64,000 nt of DNA, taken from NCBI GenBank assembly GCA_963733055.1, contig CAVTBR010000001.1, forward strand, positions 832,001-896,000, read 5' to 3'. Below, piece by piece: positions 59,273 through 64,000 of this stretch. Position numbers and translations under genes: made by a program. This stretch comes from Candidatus Bathyarchaeota archaeon (lineage in GTDB: Archaea > Thermoproteota > Bathyarchaeia > 40CM-2-53-6). Each line of letters starts with the position of its first letter. The stretch's first letter is position 1. The notes below the pieces were generated by a model. That model was not told where the DNA came from. It saw only the letters and a program-made list of their open reading frames with translations, and did no database searches.

Positions 59273-59476
59273 AACGCGTCTCCGACCATGACGTATTACG
59301 TCTGAACTTAAGCTTCACGAATGCCCGCGAATATCGATTCGCAATTCGCGCCTAATTGATCTTGGAACCAAGAGTCCATTTCCAAATAATCTATAGCTGG
59401 TATATAACGAACGTTAAATAGAGCCCAAAACAAGCAGGAAAAGTTCTCCACTTGAACGCGAGTGTGATTACAGAAT

Positions 59477-60640
59477 TTGAGTTCCACACGACCCCCTTGG
59501 ACGATGAGAGCCGATCTCTCCGAAGCGCCTGTCTTCGTTTGCTGGGAAACAACCAAGGCATGCCTCCTCTCGTGCAGGCATTGTAGAGCGAAAGCGATCA
59601 GAAGTCGGATGCCAGGTGAACTAGATTATCAACAGGGGTTGAAACTCATCGACCAGCTTGTGGATTTTGGCGAACCTTACCCTGCCCTTCTACTTACGGG
59701 GGGCGACCCACTTATGCGGGACGACATCTTCGACTTAATCGATTACGCGAAGAGCAAATCCATCTACGTCGCTCTGGCGGCTAGCGTGACGCCGAAACTA
59801 AACGAGACTACAATTTCTAGAATGAAGAAGATGGGTGTTGATATCATATCGGTCAGCCTCGACGGTGCCTCGCCCGAAACTCACGATAGGCTACGTGGAA
59901 TCAGGGGTACATGGCAAAAGACGATTCAAGCGATGCAATCTGCGAAGGACGCAGGGTTGAGGGCACAAATCAATACAACAGTAATGAGGAGTAACATCAA
60001 CGAGTTGCCGGAAATCTTTCACATTGTTAGGCAGAGTGGAGCGGTCGCCTGGGAAGTATTTTTCCTAATTCGAACAGGCCGCGGAGCATCGCTTGAAAGT
60101 CTTGAGGCAACGGAATGTGAAGAAGTTATGCACTTTCTTTTCGACGCGGCACATTATGGGGTGCCTGTACAAACCGCGGAAGGGCCCAACTTCAGAAGAA
60201 TACGTGCCGAACGAGGAAACGGGCGCGCTCCTCCGAGCGGCAACCTCTATCGAAATCTCACTGTTAGATTGCGAACACTTGAAGGACAACCCACGAGTTC
60301 GCCTTCCCTGAAGTCTACTCCTACAAGGGATGGAAGGGGAATTCTCTTTGTAACCTACGACGGAGAGGTTTATCCAAGTGGTTTTCTACCCATAAGCACA
60401 GGCAGAGTCCCAGAGGAAAAGCTCACCGCAATCTACCGGTCGAATTCAATATTCACCGCGTTAAGGGATTCTTCGAAGTTGAAAGGACGCTGTGGCGCTT
60501 GCGAATACAAGGAGATTTGTGGCGGCTCACGGTCTAGGGCATTCGCCGAATTTGGCGATCCGCTTGAAGAAGATCCCGCTTGCCCCTACACTCCACACTC
60601 AGAACAATTTACACCAATGCAAACGACTGTTTTGAGTTGA
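59477..60640 (+). CDS. Radical SAM/SPASM protein, NirJ/Ahb-like
   Basis: WETTKACLLSCRHCRA, TGGDP and GRCGACEY...CGGSRSRA...DPAC motifs; heads the hem operon. Confidence 0.85.
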   Translation: MSSTRPPWTMRADLSEAPVFVCWETTKACLLSCRHCRAKAIRSRMPGELDYQQGLKLIDQLVDFGEPYPALLLTGGDPLMRDDIFDLIDYAKSKSIYVALAASVTPKLNETTISRMKKMGVDIISVSLDGASPETHDRLRGIRGTWQKTIQAMQSAKDAGLRAQINTTVMRSNINELPEIFHIVRQSGAVAWEVFFLIRTGRGASLESLEATECEEVMHFLFDAAHYGVPVQTAEGPNFRRIRAERGNGRAPPSGNLYRNLTVRLRTLEGQPTSSPSLKSTPTRDGRGILFVTYDGEVYPSGFLPISTGRVPEEKLTAIYRSNSIFTALRDSSKLKGRCGACEYKEICGGSRSRAFAEFGDPLEEDPACPYTPHSEQFTPMQTTVLS

Positions 60641-60645
60641 CCCAA

Positions 60646-61233
60646 ATGTCCACGGTTACTCAAGAGCAACACATACTCGAGGTGGCGAAAGAACTATTCA
60701 CTCAACGTGGGTTCTCAAATGTTGCAATGCGTGCCATATGTAGAGCCGCTGACGTCACTCCCCCTACAGTCTACTATTATTTCAAGAACAAAGAAGCCCT
60801 GTTTGATGCGGTTGTACGCGAAAGCGTAAGCATGACAGGCTTCATCACCAAGTTAAACGGAGAATGCGAAAAAGCCGAAGGGCCGAGTGCACAGATACAC
60901 GCCTTCGCAAGCAACTACCTAGCCCACTTTCCTAAAGATCACTTGAACGTTGGTCTATACGTTAGGCATTCGACGGAGGAACTTGATTCAGTTGGACGAA
61001 AAACCTTGACTGCCGACCTAGCCAGAATACAATCCGTGCTCAACACTATTGTTGAGAAAGGAATCGAGTCAGGCGAGTTTCGTAAAACTGATCCTAGAAT
61101 GGCCGCTGAATGCCTTCTAGGTATGATGAATCGTTTCGTTTTTCAACAGATACATTTCAGACGCAACTACAAACCGACAGAAGCCGCAGCGTACCTATCC
61201 GAATTCTTCCTCCTCGCAATGAAACCGACATAA
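60646..61233 (+). CDS. TetR/AcrR-family regulator
   Basis: A.ELF..RGF......IC..A.VT..TVYYYFKNKE.LF motif; ATG 60646. Confidence 0.92.
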   Translation: MSTVTQEQHILEVAKELFTQRGFSNVAMRAICRAADVTPPTVYYYFKNKEALFDAVVRESVSMTGFITKLNGECEKAEGPSAQIHAFASNYLAHFPKDHLNVGLYVRHSTEELDSVGRKTLTADLARIQSVLNTIVEKGIESGEFRKTDPRMAAECLLGMMNRFVFQQIHFRRNYKPTEAAAYLSEFFLLAMKPT

Positions 61234-61246
61234 CGGTTCAATACAG

Positions 61247-62551
61247 GTGAGCACACTGTCGAACGCTTCGAATCGAAGACTTACATTGGTAGGCACCAAC
61301 CACAAACACACGCCCATAGGCGTGCGAGAACGCCTCTGGTGTCCTCCAGGGAAGCTGCCCGACCGTCTCAGGTCAACCATTAATCAAGCGGGTATCGGGG
61401 AGGTCGTGATATTGTCAACCTGCAATAGAACAGAAATCTACGCCGTATCTTCCTCAGACCGTGATGCCTCGAAGGACATTAAGAAAACAATGAGTGAGTG
61501 GAGCGGTATTCAACCCTCAGATATCGAACAGTACACATATGCTGTAACTGACGGGAACGCCGTAGAGCATTTGATCTCTGTAGCCTCGGGCCTCGACTCT
61601 TTGGCTGTAGGAGAGCAACAGATCCAAGAGCAAGTAAAGAAAGCCTTCAGAATCGCGAACCAGACACAAACCATCGGACCTTTTCTGTCAGAACTCTTCC
61701 GCCACGCTTACAGAGCCGCAAACAGCATTAGAAACCTGAGCGGCCTAGATTCAGAGCGAGTTTCAGTAAGCTCCGCCGTTACCCTGATGTTGAAGCAGTT
61801 ATCACGAAAGCAACCCATTCAAACCATCCTACTAGTCGGTGCAGGTAAGATGATCTCTCTCGCAGCCGAAGACTTATCCGCGTTTCCAGGAGTCGAGGTG
61901 TGGGTTGCGAACAGGACCGTGGAACGCGCGCAAGATCTTGCATCGCAGATTTCAGGCAAAGCCATAGGACTAGAACACATTCCGAAGATGCTTCAGAAAG
62001 CGGATGTTGTTCTCACCTGCATATCCTCCGCAGATTACATAATAAGCGCCGATACTCTTCGGGAAGCTATATCCAAACGCAACGGCAAGGAACTCACCGT
62101 TATCGATGTCGGTGTGCCGCGCAACGTAAACCCAGACTCGGCCCTTATTCCTGGGCTGCAGCTGTACAATATCGATGACCTAGCACCCTTCATAGAAAAT
62201 CAGAAGAAAGCATACCAAGCGAAGATTACGGAGGCTGAGGAGCTCGCACGCAAACAAGTAGAAAGTTTCGACACTCATATGCGAGCCTACGAAGCCAATG
62301 ATACCCTAAGGGATCTAAGGAGAGTCGCCGAGGATATCCGTGAAGAGGAGCTGTCGAGAGCGCTAAGAAAACTTGGCGATATACCAAGTCGCGAAAAAAC
62401 CATAGTTGAACTGTTGACACGTCGAATAGTAAACAAGCTACTGTACGAGCCAACCGTTCGGTTAAGGGAACATGCATCAAACGGCGATGGCGAAACCTTC
62501 CAAGCCATGATCCGAGAACTCTTCGGTATAGGACGGCAAAGCGAAGAGTGA
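61247..62551 (+). CDS. hemA: Glutamyl-tRNA reductase
   Basis: STCNRTEIY, SGLDS..VGE.QI..QV, GAGKM and D.GVPR motifs. Confidence 0.95.
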   Translation: MSTLSNASNRRLTLVGTNHKHTPIGVRERLWCPPGKLPDRLRSTINQAGIGEVVILSTCNRTEIYAVSSSDRDASKDIKKTMSEWSGIQPSDIEQYTYAVTDGNAVEHLISVASGLDSLAVGEQQIQEQVKKAFRIANQTQTIGPFLSELFRHAYRAANSIRNLSGLDSERVSVSSAVTLMLKQLSRKQPIQTILLVGAGKMISLAAEDLSAFPGVEVWVANRTVERAQDLASQISGKAIGLEHIPKMLQKADVVLTCISSADYIISADTLREAISKRNGKELTVIDVGVPRNVNPDSALIPGLQLYNIDDLAPFIENQKKAYQAKITEAEELARKQVESFDTHMRAYEANDTLRDLRRVAEDIREEELSRALRKLGDIPSREKTIVELLTRRIVNKLLYEPTVRLREHASNGDGETFQAMIRELFGIGRQSEE

Positions 62552-63465
62552 GAAACTCCATCATTGTGGGCACTAGGGGAAGTGCCCTTGCTCTTGCTCA
62601 GACGCAGCAAATAGTTCAGGCGCTGAAGGAACTGGAATCCAGTCTCAGCTTCGAAATAGCCGAAATCAAGACGAAGGGCGATAGCATACGGGATTCTGGA
62701 GAGAGCATTGTCGACAGTAAGCGATTATTCACAAAAGAAATCGAGGAATCTCTAATCCATAAGGAAATTCGCATCGCGGTCCACAGTATGAAGGACCTAA
62801 CAACCGACCTACCTACAGGCTTGAAGATAGCGGCCGTCCCACAACGCTCAGACCATAGAGACGCGTTGATTTCGCGCGATAAACGAAAATTTGAGCAGCT
62901 TCCCGGTGGAGCCCGGGTTGGAACGAGTAGTCCTCGTCGGAAAACGCAATTGTTAGCTGCACGTGGCGATTTGCGCATTCTGGCCATGCACGGAAACGTC
63001 GACACGCGTCTACGTAAACTTGATTCAGGAGAATATGAGGCAATAGTCGTCGCGGCAGCAGGTCTCGCGAGGCTTGGTATGGAAAAGCGTGCTACTGAAC
63101 TACTGTCAACCCGGATCATGCTTCCTGCAATCGGTCAAGGCGCGCTTGCGGTTGAGACCAGAGAGGACGATGAAGAAATGGTGGAATTGCTTTCCAGAAT
63201 AAACCATGAACCAACTTACAGAGCCGTTGAGGCCGAGAGAGCATTCGCGAGAAAACTTGGAGCCAACTGTCAAACGCCAATCGCAGCGTTCGCTACCGTA
63301 CACGAGACAAAATTGAGAATAGACGGCATGGTCGCTTCGTCGGACGGAAGAATGCTTTTGCGCACCCAACTCACTTCAGATAAATCAGATCCAAGAAAGG
63401 TTGGGGAAGAATTAGCGGAGTCCCTCATCAACAAGGGCGCACAGCTACTCTTGGGGGCAACCTAA
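62548..63465 (+). CDS. hemC: Hydroxymethylbilane synthase
   Basis: GTRGS.LAL.Q, VHSMKD, GTSSPRR, GNVDTRL and PAIGQGALA motifs. Confidence 0.95.
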   Translation: MRNSIIVGTRGSALALAQTQQIVQALKELESSLSFEIAEIKTKGDSIRDSGESIVDSKRLFTKEIEESLIHKEIRIAVHSMKDLTTDLPTGLKIAAVPQRSDHRDALISRDKRKFEQLPGGARVGTSSPRRKTQLLAARGDLRILAMHGNVDTRLRKLDSGEYEAIVVAAAGLARLGMEKRATELLSTRIMLPAIGQGALAVETREDDEEMVELLSRINHEPTYRAVEAERAFARKLGANCQTPIAAFATVHETKLRIDGMVASSDGRMLLRTQLTSDKSDPRKVGEELAESLINKGAQLLLGAT

Positions 63466-64000
63466 TGCAAACTTCCATGAAAGTCCTAGAAGGCGTAAAG
63501 ATTCTCATTACGCGCCCTGAAAAGCAGAGTTTCCATCTTTCGGCGAAACTCCGGAATCTAGGAGCCACAACCATTGAGCTCCCGACAATCAGCATTCTTC
63601 CTCCCAACGACACAAACCGTTTGGATGAGTCGATTTTGAGGATTTTGCAATATGATTGGATTATATTCACGAGCGTTCACGGGGTGCGATTCTTCAGTCA
63701 ACGTCTGAAAACACTCGGAGAGCCCCACGATAAACTGAAACAGGTTAAGGTTGCCGCGATAGGGCCCTCTACGGCTGCAGCCTTGGAAAGTATTGGTAAG
63801 GAGGCTGATTATGTGCCAACGCAATACCTGTCAGAGAAAATAGCCGTTGGTCTAGGCGACGTGGATGGAAAACGAATCCTTTTGCCTCGAGCCGACATTG
63901 CTTCGAAGAAGCTTCCTGAACTTTTGAGGCAGCGTGGAGCCCGAGTGGAAGAGGTGGTAGCGTATAGAACGATTATCCCGGAAGGCTTGTCAGCCGACCG
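63465..64000 (+). CDS. hemD: Uroporphyrinogen-III synthase, 5' part (runs off window end)
   Basis: TAATG-coupled to hemC; manual translation gives ILITRP, YDWIIFTSVHGV, AIGPSTA, LLPRA and AYRT. Confidence 0.92.
   Translation, partial: MQTSMKVLEGVKILITRPEKQSFHLSAKLRNLGATTIELPTISILPPNDTNRLDESILRILQYDWIIFTSVHGVRFFSQRLKTLGEPHDKLKQVKVAAIGPSTAAALESIGKEADYVPTQYLSEKIAVGLGDVDGKRILLPRADIASKKLPELLRQRGARVEEVVAYRTIIPEGLSAD

Noticed and set aside
1-64000. tRNA, rRNA, CRISPR arrays, transposases, integrases, defence systems
   Set aside because: None recognised by eye; tRNAscan-SE, Infernal and a CRISPR finder would be needed to exclude them formally.

Overview
A gene-dense, mostly housekeeping and catabolic window from an archaeon. 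Evidence for the domain: Alba, CobY/CobZ, thiolase+DUF35, a tricorn F2/F3-like aminopeptidase, TATA-like promoters and many TTG starts. A TACK lineage such as Bathyarchaeia is plausible but is inference only. Contents: branched-chain amino-acid genes (ilvB, cimA), purine and molybdenum-cofactor genes, an SRPBCC cluster with a divergent regulator, a pentameric ligand-gated ion channel homologue, a cobamide lower-ligand salvage operon (cobZ-cobS-cobY-cblT-cblS), CBS proteins, an acyl-CoA/phenylacetate-type cluster with a stand-alone di-iron protein, and a radical SAM-TetR-hemACD operon. I saw no rRNA, tRNA, CRISPR array or transposase. Five genes carry single-base frameshifts, most likely assembly indels. 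The best candidate for an undescribed system is upstream of ilvB: a 24-codon Ile/Leu/Val-rich leader ORF that ends on a hairpin hiding a Shine-Dalgarno-like GGAGG, the architecture of a ribosome-stalling translational attenuator, here in an archaeon. All family calls come from motif recognition; no database search was run.
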